From IMG/VR virus record IMGVR_UViG_3300050821_002136, positions 1 through 64,000 of that record: 64,000 nucleotides of DNA, one strand, 5' to 3'. Of the stretch, positions 38,516-47,763 are shown in pieces. A program made the position numbers and the translations under genes. Under the pieces are notes generated by a model that saw nothing but the letters and a program-made list of their open reading frames with translations, made no database searches and had not been told where the DNA came from. The stretch is from a virus. Each line of letters opens with the position of its first letter. The stretch's first letter is position 1.

Positions 38516-39746
38516 AGATATCCTCAGCAATCCCTACCGCGACCTGAAGAGCAATCCTCTGCTCAAAGATAAGATTGTCGAGCTGGTCGCTTCCATCAAC
38601 ACGACGGGCTTCTGGGACAACGTCGTGGTACGCAAGAACAAAGCCGGGAAGTACGAGATCGCTTGCGGTGGGCATCACCGCATTGCCGCCGCCAAGGAAG
38701 CAGGGCTCACCGAGGCTGACTTCATAGTCAAGGAGTTCACAGACGCGCAGATGATTCAGGTAATGGACGCCGAAAATCGGGAAGTCTATGCCTCAAGTCC
38801 TGCGTCTGTGATCGAGTCGGTCAAGGCTGTAGTGGCTGCACTGACTGATGGGACCATTCCCGCATTCGAGGTGGACCCCAAAACAAACGCGCAGCACATA
38901 CGCTACGCACCCTCATACGTCGCTGGAAAGGAACCCGTTGCAGGTGCGCGAGCATACCCATATACCTCTACATTGATTGCCAAGTTCCTAGGTAGGGTAT
39001 ACCTAAATGGCCGAGCGGACACAGCGGTTGAAGCTGCTTTAAATTTCTTGCACCTGAAAGAGATGGGAGCTATCACTAACGCCATACTCGTGAAGGACAA
39101 GCAACCCATCACCGCTAGAAAGCTATTTGACATCACTGCGGACATCAAGAAGCGCACCGAGACCATAACGGAGCGCCGAGGAAAAACCCAAGAAGAACTG
39201 AACAAACTCCGCGAACAACAGCTAGCCGCACAGGCCAAAGCCAAAGCCGATGCCAAGCAAGCCGAAGACGAGCACAAGGCCCTCCTGAAGAAGGAAGCTG
39301 ACGCAAGGCGCGAGGAGAACAACCGCAAGGCTGACGCACTGGCCAAGCAGATCAAGGAGAAAGACGAACGCGCAAAGGCCAAGGAAGTTCTGAACCAACT
39401 AGCGATGGCTGACTTAGAAGCGAAAGTCGCTCAGAAGAAAGTCTGGGAAGCGGAGCAGCGCGTGCAGGATGTGTACCTTCCAATCCGACGAGATGTAGAA
39501 GTCATGCTTGGTAAGTTCGAGACCATGGTGTCTGAGCGCAATCCTCTGCGTGAAGACGTGAAGGCTCTGGCAAAGCTCAAGGCATTACGGCCGGAAGATC
39601 GCAAGCGCTTACGCACTGCCGCCGTAGCCGTGGCAGATTGGTTTTCCTCATGGGTAGCAGCACAGTTCGCACCGTTGCCCACTGCGAAAGCCGAGCTGAA
39701 AGAAATGGCTAAGAAAGAAAAATCGAAACGGTCAAAGGAGACCTAA
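38499..39746 (+). CDS. ParB/Srx N-domain protein with coiled-coil
   Basis: NPYR, LVASI..G, YEIACGGHHRIAA, AEN. Confidence 0.85.
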   Translation: MKLKFKDILSNPYRDLKSNPLLKDKIVELVASINTTGFWDNVVVRKNKAGKYEIACGGHHRIAAAKEAGLTEADFIVKEFTDAQMIQVMDAENREVYASSPASVIESVKAVVAALTDGTIPAFEVDPKTNAQHIRYAPSYVAGKEPVAGARAYPYTSTLIAKFLGRVYLNGRADTAVEAALNFLHLKEMGAITNAILVKDKQPITARKLFDITADIKKRTETITERRGKTQEELNKLREQQLAAQAKAKADAKQAEDEHKALLKKEADARREENNRKADALAKQIKEKDERAKAKEVLNQLAMADLEAKVAQKKVWEAEQRVQDVYLPIRRDVEVMLGKFETMVSERNPLREDVKALAKLKALRPEDRKRLRTAAVAVADWFSSWVAAQFAPLPTAKAELKEMAKKEKSKRSKET

Positions 39747-39913
39747 TGGAAACCAAGAAGTACATTGTGCAAGCGCATTTTGACTGGGGCTGGAAGCGGT
39801 CTGGAAACACAGGAGCTGATGGCAAGTACACCAAAGAGAGCGCACAGAGACGCGCTCGCTATCAGGAAAAGAACGGAATGGGACTCAAGTACCGCATCAA
39901 GGAGATCAAATGA
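39746..39913 (+). CDS. Small basic protein, tandem paralog 1
   Basis: METKKYIVQ..SGNTGADGKYT..SAQRRARYQ..YRIKE. Confidence 0.75.
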   Translation: METKKYIVQAHFDWGWKRSGNTGADGKYTKESAQRRARYQEKNGMGLKYRIKEIK

Positions 39914-40080
39914 AAACTAAGAAATACATCGTGCAGTTTATGTTGCCAGCCAGCCGTCGTTGGGTGCAGTCTGGTAATACGGGGTCTGATGGCAAGTACA
40001 CCGAAGGAAGCGCACAGAGACGAGCCCGTTACCAAGCACGAAAAAATGAACTTGAATACCGCATCAAGGAGAGCAAATGA
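39910..40080 (+). CDS. Small basic protein, tandem paralog 2
   Basis: MKTKKYIVQ..SGNTGSDGKYT..SAQRRARYQ..YRIKE. Confidence 0.75.
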   Translation: MKTKKYIVQFMLPASRRWVQSGNTGSDGKYTEGSAQRRARYQARKNELEYRIKESK

Positions 40081-41061
40081 GAAAGCTGATTGAAGTGAAG
40101 GAGAGTCACATCAAGAACGGCAAGCCACGAAGTTATTCCTCTTGCCCCATTGCCTTGTCTCTAAAAGAGTATGGATACAAAGCAGTAGGAGTGGATGACG
40201 ACTGTGCAGAAGTTGATGGGTATTCTGTAGAGCTACCTACAAGGGCTACACGTTTCATACACAAGTTTGATAACAACAGGCCTGTGAAGGCTTTTAAGTT
40301 TTGGCTTAACGACCTGATAACGGAGGCTCAGTGAGAACGGACACCCAAGTAATCCATAGCGATGACATAGGTGAGGTCGTGGGCAGCTTCTATGGTGTCC
40401 CTATCAACTCCTTGAATCCCATTGCCTCAGAACTGAGGGAACTGGACGATGCTCAAGTTCGTGCTAGGGCTGGCCTAGGTACTGAACCAAGCCTTGCTGA
40501 GGTTCTTCCTGGGGAAGTTGCCAAGGACAACCTCATTCGACGCGAGACGACCGCTGAAGTCGTAGGTGAGACATTCTACGCCGAGGATATTCCTAAGGGA
40601 CGACAAGTGCCCATCTCAGAAGTCCCTGATGGAGTCTTAGTAACTTGGCGTCCGAACAACCTTGAATTTGCCGTCATCCACGAGGAGGTGACCGATGAAA
40701 TTTCCACACAAGGACGATAAGGACATGGCAGCTCTAGCGCGTCTGCCAAGCACAGCGTACGCTCACGACGACAGGCCTTACTTGTCTACCCAACGCTATA
40801 GCCTGAGCCCTGACTTCGAAGCCAGTGACGTGGTTGCTAAAGCCCGAGTGGACATGCAGTCTGCTCAGGAAAACCAATGGTGGATGAACCAGTGGAAGGA
40901 GAGCACATAATGGAACTGAATGACTTTATTTTGTTGGCCGCTGCATCCATTAGAGCAACTACCCTGAATGTTAAAAGGTATGAATATCTTCTCCGAAAAG
41001 AAGCTGTGGAAGAGGCCAAGCTTTTGTGGGAAGAAGTCCTCAGACAGGACCGAGAGCGATA

Positions 41062-42507
41062 ATGGGAAGTGCAGAAAACTTTCTGAGCAGGTTCGGTGGA
41101 GGCGCAGAAGCCGTGCCTGAGACCAACCTGCTCAGCGCCGGAGCGCCAAACGCTCTGGCTTCCTTCATGGACACATTCACAACGTCCATGGAGATTCTGT
41201 GGTTTTACAATCACACAGAAGAGGTTCGTTACAACAAAGAAGATCACGTTTATTTTCGTGTGGACCCGGACCTCGGCAACCTGATAGAATTGTACGGAGT
41301 CACCAATGTCCTGAAGAAAGCTATTGATCGCTCAGTCATGCTCGTACCGTGGGCAGCTAAGATGGCGATTGAGAAGCTGCTGAGGACAATCCCAGTTGTA
41401 CAGGACACCTCGGGAGTTTCTTGGATCGCTCCAATGACTCTCACAGACTTCACCAAGCTCGCCTTGGAAGCCAAAGGTGCACACAAAGAAAAGCTGGAAG
41501 AGGCTGGGGACATCGGGCACATTGCGCACCTGTGTCTATCTGATTCCATTCAGCACGCGATTGATCACACGAACAGCACAGTACTTGAACTGCGCAACAT
41601 TCCGACTGACGAGAAAGCCAAGGCGTGCGCTGAGGCTGGCTTAGCATGGATGCGGCTACACAATGTGCGCTGGATAAAAACTGAACAGAAGATCTATTCC
41701 CGTGAGTACGGTTACGCCGGGACCATGGACGGGCTCGCCACAGTGGACTCCTGTGGTGACCCGTCGTGCTGCACTGAGCAATTCAAGGATCGTCTATCGC
41801 TCATCGACTTCAAGAGCAGCAATGCTTTGCATATCGAGTATCTTTTTCAAACAGCGAGCTACCAACACGCGGAGCAAGAAGAGCAGGGCCTTGACATCAA
41901 GGATCGCTGGATACTTCGCCTCGGCAAGAACGAAGAAGAAGCTGGAAAGTTTGAACCATGGCACTGCACGGCTAAGGACTTCAAGGAAGACTTTGAGGGC
42001 TTCTTAACGTGCCTTGCACTCAACAAGCTTCTGGACTCCGTAAAGGAGCGCATGAGCCTGCAAAAAAAGGGCGTACGCGAAGCCAAGAAACAACTAAAGG
42101 CTATCCAGAAAGAAATAGACAAAGCTGCGGCCAAGGTCAAGAAGGAAGCCGATAAGGCACAGCTAAAGTTGGACAGAGCAGCTGAGAAAGAGAGGATCAA
42201 AGCTGATGCGAAGAAAGCCAGGGAGGAAGCCAAGCTTGCGAAGACACAAGATGCTAAAGAAAATACCTTGGTACCTGAGGACGAGGTGAAGCATGCTGAA
42301 GTGGAGCGAGTCAAAGAATCAGTATTGCCCATTGTGTCCGAGAATGCCGAACCAACCGACGTTTGCGTACACACTGTGGAACGACCCAAGCATGCAGAGG
42401 CACCTGCTATCCCACTCGTGGTTGCAGATCCTGTTTCTTCATCTCGGCCTATTGAGGAAGAAGCCCCAATAGAACGCAAGCCGTTTGTGGTACCCATGGA
42501 GGGATGA
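41062..42507 (+). CDS. PD-(D/E)XK exonuclease (Cas4/RecB-like) with K/A-rich tail
   Basis: GVTNVL, G...H, TEQKIY, YAGTMDG, IDFKSS, QTASY. Confidence 0.85.
   Translation: MGSAENFLSRFGGGAEAVPETNLLSAGAPNALASFMDTFTTSMEILWFYNHTEEVRYNKEDHVYFRVDPDLGNLIELYGVTNVLKKAIDRSVMLVPWAAKMAIEKLLRTIPVVQDTSGVSWIAPMTLTDFTKLALEAKGAHKEKLEEAGDIGHIAHLCLSDSIQHAIDHTNSTVLELRNIPTDEKAKACAEAGLAWMRLHNVRWIKTEQKIYSREYGYAGTMDGLATVDSCGDPSCCTEQFKDRLSLIDFKSSNALHIEYLFQTASYQHAEQEEQGLDIKDRWILRLGKNEEEAGKFEPWHCTAKDFKEDFEGFLTCLALNKLLDSVKERMSLQKKGVREAKKQLKAIQKEIDKAAAKVKKEADKAQLKLDRAAEKERIKADAKKAREEAKLAKTQDAKENTLVPEDEVKHAEVERVKESVLPIVSENAEPTDVCVHTVERPKHAEAPAIPLVVADPVSSSRPIEEEAPIERKPFVVPMEG
42293..42472 (+). CDS. Candidate overprinted C2H2 zinc-finger-like protein, 59 aa
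   Basis: GAGGTG RBS; YCPLCP...MQRHLLSH in the +1 frame inside the nuclease tail. Confidence 0.5.
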   Translation: MLKWSESKNQYCPLCPRMPNQPTFAYTLWNDPSMQRHLLSHSWLQILFLHLGLLRKKPQ

Positions 42508-42685
42508 TGACACCAGCGGACGTTATCAAGACAATAGAGGAGCTGGACCCTACGAAGGACTGCTGGTTCGTCAGACACAATGACGACCAGCTGGTGTACA
42601 TCGTAGGACATCTGCCTGATGGACAAAGAGTCTGTACAGCACTTCCCACAGCTATTCACAAAACTGAAATCAAACAGGAGAAACA

Positions 42686-43633
42686 ATGAGCGATGCACTG
42701 GTAGTACTGAACAACAACACAGCTATAATGTCTGGGGGCGTAGGTCTCGGCTCCTCGATTTTCAAAGCACGCCCTAGCTTTCTGGAACTGGTCCATAAGA
42801 GCAGCCGTCAAGAGAATGTGGTGCCCGGGGAATTCCGAGTGTTGTCAACGAATGAGCACCTGGGCAAGACCATTCGCGCAGTGCTCTTGGCCGTACCTCA
42901 GCCACGTCGTGAGTGGTACCGTGATCCCACCGTGTTCTCTAAGGACAACAAGGCATGCTTCTCGCTGGACGGCATTCGTCCACATGACCGTGCAGCTGAC
43001 CCTCAGGCCATGTACTGCGCAAAGTGCCCCAAGGGAGACATCAACTGGAACACATGGCGCAAGACGAAGGACCCCAAGGATCTCCCTCCGTGCGGTGCGT
43101 ATTGGCACTTGTTACTCGCTGATCGTGCAACACAGACGCCTTACTACCTCGACATCAAGGGCACAAGCGCTTCGCCCTTCAAGCAAGCCATGGAAACTCA
43201 GATGTCCGGCCTGCTTGCGAAGTTGATGGCCAATGTACGTGCTGAGAATAAGCAGCGCGGATATTCGCTAGTGACTCTGCAAAATCAGGAAACCGGAGAG
43301 CAGTTCCAAGAGTTCCGTACGACGCCTGGGTTTACTGTGCCAGAAACTGGGCAGCTCCCAATCTTGCCGATGCCGAACATCTTTGACATCAGCTTCGATA
43401 TCTACGCTGCAAGCAAAGATGGTGGACCGTACGTCATGGGCTTCAAGAACTTTGCTCTAATGAAGCCTGAGGACAAAGCTGAGTTTGGTCAGTTGTACCT
43501 CGACCTGATGCAGCAACGCGCAGAAGCACAGCAAGTGCAGCAGAACGACGAAGCCGAGGTAGATGCGGCAGTGGCCGAAGCCCCTGCTCAGCAAGCCAAG
43601 GGTGGTGAAGTTCTGCCGCCAATCACAATCTAA
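42686..43633 (+). CDS. Putative ssDNA-binding/annealing protein
   Basis: CFSLDG..P..CAKCP..PPC motif and acidic tail; adjacent to the exonuclease. Confidence 0.6.
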   Translation: MSDALVVLNNNTAIMSGGVGLGSSIFKARPSFLELVHKSSRQENVVPGEFRVLSTNEHLGKTIRAVLLAVPQPRREWYRDPTVFSKDNKACFSLDGIRPHDRAADPQAMYCAKCPKGDINWNTWRKTKDPKDLPPCGAYWHLLLADRATQTPYYLDIKGTSASPFKQAMETQMSGLLAKLMANVRAENKQRGYSLVTLQNQETGEQFQEFRTTPGFTVPETGQLPILPMPNIFDISFDIYAASKDGGPYVMGFKNFALMKPEDKAEFGQLYLDLMQQRAEAQQVQQNDEAEVDAAVAEAPAQQAKGGEVLPPITI

Positions 43634-43646
43634 AAAGGAGAAAATA

Positions 43647-43868
43647 ATGTTGAAAATAGAACTCAACGGGGAAAGGAACTATGAGCTTGCTAAGTTGTCA
43701 GCCAAGCTTATCGACGGAGACTTAGTGATCACTGACGAAACCGCTGGTTGGTCTCTGGTTGCTTTGCGTATCGTGGACAATAAGATCAACCTTGTGCGCT
43801 ACAACAGCATCGCTGATAAGAATTACAACACAGACAAACAGGGCAGGCTTGTAGAAGTGCCCGAGTAG
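43647..43868 (+). CDS. Hypothetical protein
   Basis: AAAGGAG RBS, start MLKIEL. Confidence 0.65.
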   Translation: MLKIELNGERNYELAKLSAKLIDGDLVITDETAGWSLVALRIVDNKINLVRYNSIADKNYNTDKQGRLVEVPE

Positions 43869-43899
43869 GTCGTCGCGGCGACGTTAAGCCGATGGTGGA

Positions 43900-44014
43900 G
43901 GCGTGCGGTTCTACAGGGGGAGGGCTTAGCGGCCCTGGTGGAAATCTGAGCACTAAGGTGAGGCAAAGATGAAATCTCAGATATGAACTCCCTTCCCCTG
44001 TAGGGCCGTACGCC
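43900..44014 (+). ncRNA. Long hairpin RNA upstream of tmRNA
   Basis: 25-bp stem 43900-43924/43990-44014; its 4 non-Watson-Crick pairs are all G.U on the plus strand. Confidence 0.6.
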
Positions 44015-44019
44015 CCGTA

Positions 44020-44294
44020 AGTTATGGATGTATGAAGCTGAGGTACGAGTTGCAAGACCCGGTTTCGATACCGGCAGGTCCACCACAACGCTTCAGGTAT
44101 AACGGCATTACCGGCGTACACCCGGAGAGCGGGTCTCGCTGAAGCGTTTTGATGGGCCTGAAAGGTTTCGATTGCGACTACGAGACAGCAGTGGACATCC
44201 CGAGATGACGTGGCCCTCGTTAAAAGGACACGTAACAACCAACCGCGACTGAAAAGCCGATGGTTATGGCAGCTGCCGCAGGGCGCTAGCCATA
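44020..44294 (+). ncRNA. ssrA: Circularly permuted (two-piece) tmRNA
   Basis: Acceptor piece ending CAGGTCC-A-CCA (44075-44085) precedes 5' GGGCCTG (44154); G3.U70; helix 2, pk1 and tag ORF 44245-44289. Confidence 0.9.
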
Positions 44295-44295
44295 G

Positions 44296-44328
44296 GGTGG
44301 GCAGGGTCAAACCTGCCCTACCGATTTT
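44296..44328 (+). terminator. Terminator after tmRNA coding piece
   Basis: GGGCAGG-GTCAAA-CCTGCCC then TACCGATTTT. Confidence 0.6.
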
Positions 44329-44368
44329 AGATTCAGATGTACAAACCCAAACAGGAGAAACAACATCA

Positions 44369-44899
44369 ATGAAGTACCTTAGCTCCATCTTAGCAATTCT
44401 CGTTCTTTCCATTGCGGCCTTTTCTCAGGATTACCCAGTAGGCCCGAACGTAGGCAAGGCAACCACGCCGTACGCAACCACCAACTTCTCGGCCACATTC
44501 GACGGCCCAGTGACTGCAATGTTGCCAACGAGGAATGGCGAGAACACCAGCACCGATTACAAGTACGTTTCTCAGAACGGCAAAGTTGCAGAAGCAGTCA
44601 CGGTTCGCTTTATTGACCATGACATTGCTGTGGACTATACGTCCTCCGACTTCTACGCCAACGACGACCGCACGGGCGGCACGGTAGACACGGCTAACAC
44701 CAGTCATGATTCGTGGAATGGTGCGCCGTTCACTTATACGTACCGTACCTTTACGCTCGATGGTGTGATACTGACCAAGCGTACTCGTTACATCATCGTG
44801 AATGCTCGTGAGGCCATCTTCATTCAGCAAATCACGGCTGTTGGATATGAAGATCGGCCGGAATGGCTGGACTTCGAGTACTCGTTACGCATCAAGTGA
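44369..44899 (+). CDS. Secreted/periplasmic protein
   Basis: CAGGAG RBS; signal peptide MKYLSSILAILVLSIAAFSQ. Confidence 0.8.
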   Translation: MKYLSSILAILVLSIAAFSQDYPVGPNVGKATTPYATTNFSATFDGPVTAMLPTRNGENTSTDYKYVSQNGKVAEAVTVRFIDHDIAVDYTSSDFYANDDRTGGTVDTANTSHDSWNGAPFTYTYRTFTLDGVILTKRTRYIIVNAREAIFIQQITAVGYEDRPEWLDFEYSLRIK

Positions 44900-44908
44900 A
44901 CGAACAAT

Positions 44909-44938
44909 GGGGAGGGTCAAACCTCCCCTCTATTTTTC
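44909..44938 (+). terminator. Intrinsic terminator
   Basis: GGGGAGG-GTCAAA-CCTCCCC then TCTATTTTT. Confidence 0.7.
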
Positions 44939-45140
44939 TGTTAAGGAGGAAAATAATGGAAGAACATGTCAAAAACATTCTGGCTTTAGCCTGGGCCTCG
45001 TTCGATACGCCGCTCTGGCACGCTCGTAAAGAGATGCAAGAATACCTTGAGAAACATTTTGAGCTAAAGAAAGTAGCCACAGCTGCCGACGCTGCGGAAG
45101 GTTGGAACGGGCGCATGCCTAAGTACTTCTAAGGAGAACC

Positions 45141-45971
45141 ATGGAGCCCATTGTAATCGTAGGAGAAGCCGTAGCAGGCCGAGAAGCCAAGCTAGCCGCT
45201 CTGCGTAAACGCATACGAGCCTTGGCCAATGACATAGAGATAAACACCTTCGACTTGGCTGAGGCTTTTTTTCAAGCTCAGGAATCCCATTGCTATGTTG
45301 AGTGGGGCTTCGAATCTCTCGGTGAGTACGCGTCGTTGGAGCTAGGCATCAAGCATAGGAAGGCGCAGTACCTCGCTCGAATAGTTCGTGTCTGCCGTGC
45401 CTGTGGAGTAGCTAGGAAGGACTACGAGCCTGTAGGTGTATCCAAGCTTCGCGTCATTACAGGGTTGGACCCTGAAAGCTCCTTCTTCAACACAGAGACA
45501 AAGACCAACGAGCCCATGGTTGAGCATATCGTGCGCCTTATTGCTGAAGCTCCTGAACTAACCACAGTTGAAGTAGAGGACGAAGTGCAGCGGCTGATGG
45601 GCAACGTGGGCGAGAATGCCATGGTGACTAAGAGCTACCGAGTCACCAAGAGTGCCTATGAGAACACCGTGCAACGTTGCTTCGAGTCAGTACGGAAGCG
45701 ACTAGGCAGCAAAGGCCGGGACGGCACAGGTGCAGCCGTGGAGTATACGGACGGCAATTGCTTGGAAGCTGTCTGCGCCGAGTACAATAGTGATCCAAGA
45801 AATTTCATGGAAGAGCTGGACGAAAGCAAAGAACAAATCGAAGTACCGGAGGAACCAAATGCACACATTAGAGATGTCACCGGAGCACCCGTTCATGTGG
45901 CTAGCGAGGAAGCAGCACAAGACTCACTTCCGAGAACGCACGTCCCGTTCATCGTACCTACCGAAGACTAA
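45141..45971 (+). CDS. Helical protein resembling HNH-associated N-terminal domains
   Basis: WGFESLGEYA..ELG...RKAQYL..I...GVSKL. Confidence 0.6.
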   Translation: MEPIVIVGEAVAGREAKLAALRKRIRALANDIEINTFDLAEAFFQAQESHCYVEWGFESLGEYASLELGIKHRKAQYLARIVRVCRACGVARKDYEPVGVSKLRVITGLDPESSFFNTETKTNEPMVEHIVRLIAEAPELTTVEVEDEVQRLMGNVGENAMVTKSYRVTKSAYENTVQRCFESVRKRLGSKGRDGTGAAVEYTDGNCLEAVCAEYNSDPRNFMEELDESKEQIEVPEEPNAHIRDVTGAPVHVASEEAAQDSLPRTHVPFIVPTED

Positions 45972-46245
45972 TACCCTGGGTCTCTATGATGGAAGCGCAG
46001 AAGCCCGGGCTATCGTGAACAACGCTATGCAAGAAGTGGAAGCAAGAGAAGTGCTTGCTGCTTGTATACTTTTGCATGTCCTGCACTATCTAAAAGGTAT
46101 GGACACTGTGGAAGGCTCTTTTACTGCTGAGTTCTTTGAGGGTACTGATCCTTTCAAAGAGGAAGAAAAGGACTTTGAAGACTCCGTGGAAAAGAACAAA
46201 GAATTACTGGAGAAACTCTCTGATGAGTCTACGTCTGGAAGTTGA
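45859..46245 (+). CDS. Hypothetical protein overlapping the upstream gene
   Basis: GGAGGA RBS before MHTLEM; 113-nt overlap. Confidence 0.6.
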   Translation: MHTLEMSPEHPFMWLARKQHKTHFRERTSRSSYLPKTNTLGLYDGSAEARAIVNNAMQEVEAREVLAACILLHVLHYLKGMDTVEGSFTAEFFEGTDPFKEEEKDFEDSVEKNKELLEKLSDESTSGS

Positions 46246-46537
46246 GGAGTACCGTGCGCTCTGGATGAGCGTCCTTGAACGTGACGGATGGAGATGCCGT
46301 AATCCCAGGTGTGGTATGAGAAATAATCTTCATGTGCACCATGTAATTTATAGAAGTGAATTAGGGCCGGACGAAAGCTGGAACCTAGTCACTCTGTGCA
46401 GCGATTGTCATGATGCTGTACACAACTACAAGCTCTTCATCGGTGTTGGTCCTGACTGCACGATAGGGGTTGGTGGTGGGGCTGACGGACGTTTGATCTT
46501 CACAGGAGGCTATCTTGCTAATTATTCTGGCACATAA
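46223..46537 (+). CDS. HNH endonuclease
   Basis: VLERDGWRC..C..LHVHH..NLVTLCSDCH..VH. Confidence 0.9.
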   Translation: MSLRLEVEEYRALWMSVLERDGWRCRNPRCGMRNNLHVHHVIYRSELGPDESWNLVTLCSDCHDAVHNYKLFIGVGPDCTIGVGGGADGRLIFTGGYLANYSGT

Positions 46538-46726
46538 CACAACTGGGACCAAAGAGGACGGCACCTCAGACTACAATGTAGAAGCCAGAGTTAACGAGCG
46601 AGTGATTGCCAAGATGGTCGTCAAAGGCCACATCAGAAACGCAGGCGCGGCAGTACTGCTCAGGAAAATAGCCGACACTTGGGAGAACGGAGCAGGTTAT
46701 CGCGCTCCTTAAGAAAAGAGAAAATA

Positions 46727-47500
46727 ATGAGAACACTTAATATGCTTCTGATTGCGCTGGCACTATGTTGTACACCCGCGCTCGCTAATAACTGTAAGGG
46801 CAACGACGCACGAGACCACGCCACGACCGAAGGCAAGGGAGACGACCACGGCAAGGGGGACGACAATTGCAAGACACATGAGCCCGAACGTCCCGAAAGA
46901 CCCGAGCGTCCCGAACCTCCCAAACACATACGGCCCACTCCTCCCCCAGTCAACGTAACAAGCACTAATACGAACACCAACACCGCGACATCTTCATCCA
47001 GCAGCACAGCGTCTGCTAATGGCAACGGCAACAACTCGAATAACACCACGGTAGAAGCCCCCAAGATTCCCGTGTCGTCCGCTATTACTCCTCCCATCAT
47101 GCCTACCGTGCCTTGCTTCAAGGGTTTCGGTGGCAGTGCTCAGACCATGGCCTTCGGCGCATCCTTCGGTGGTGGTAAGATCGACAAGGGCTGCAACGCT
47201 AGAGAGCTGGCACGATCCTTCTCAGGACCACAGACGGTTGCATCATGTAAGATTCTGTTGGCAACCAAGGAAGCAAAGGCCGCAGGGATCACCATGGAAG
47301 ACTGTCTTCCTCCTCTGGTACTTACTCCTGTAGCTGAACCTATCACCCCGGTAGTTGCTCCTATTCCCGTCACCGTGAACATTGTGTTGCCGAACGGTGA
47401 CTTTCTTGAAAGTAAGCGAACGGTGACACCGAGTGTTACAAAGAAGGCTGTACAACGTCACAGACACATGACACCTAGCTGCCAGAACGTCGTGCAGTAG
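46727..47500 (+). CDS. Secreted low-complexity protein
   Basis: Signal peptide, PER repeats, N/T/S-rich linker, Cys-containing domain. Confidence 0.7.
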   Translation: MRTLNMLLIALALCCTPALANNCKGNDARDHATTEGKGDDHGKGDDNCKTHEPERPERPERPEPPKHIRPTPPPVNVTSTNTNTNTATSSSSSTASANGNGNNSNNTTVEAPKIPVSSAITPPIMPTVPCFKGFGGSAQTMAFGASFGGGKIDKGCNARELARSFSGPQTVASCKILLATKEAKAAGITMEDCLPPLVLTPVAEPITPVVAPIPVTVNIVLPNGDFLESKRTVTPSVTKKAVQRHRHMTPSCQNVVQ

Positions 47501-47763
47501 GTTTGCAAAGGAGAAAAATAACATGAACAGAATTTCACCGAGCACTACCAGAAAACCTAATGGTAAAGTGAAAGACCTTAAGAACGGTTCCATAGTAAGA
47601 TGGGGTGGTGGTTTTTACGTTGTCCTTCTTTACATGGCCAACGCTTCACAAATCGGAGCAGTTTCTCTGCAAGACGGTGGCTATCTGACCCCAGATACTG
47701 TCGTGGAAATTGTGCCTGCGGGAGATGTACTCACACTCACAGTCGGTGAATAGGAGAATTGAC

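Noticed and set aside
41859-42698. Long antisense ORFs (also 61237..61956, 35290..35931, 18200..18706, 4483..4989)
   Set aside because: Shadows of well-supported genes on the opposite strand
44210-44368. N-terminal extension of ORF 44210..44899
   Set aside because: Overlaps the tmRNA tag region and terminator; ATG 44369 has an RBS and begins a signal peptide
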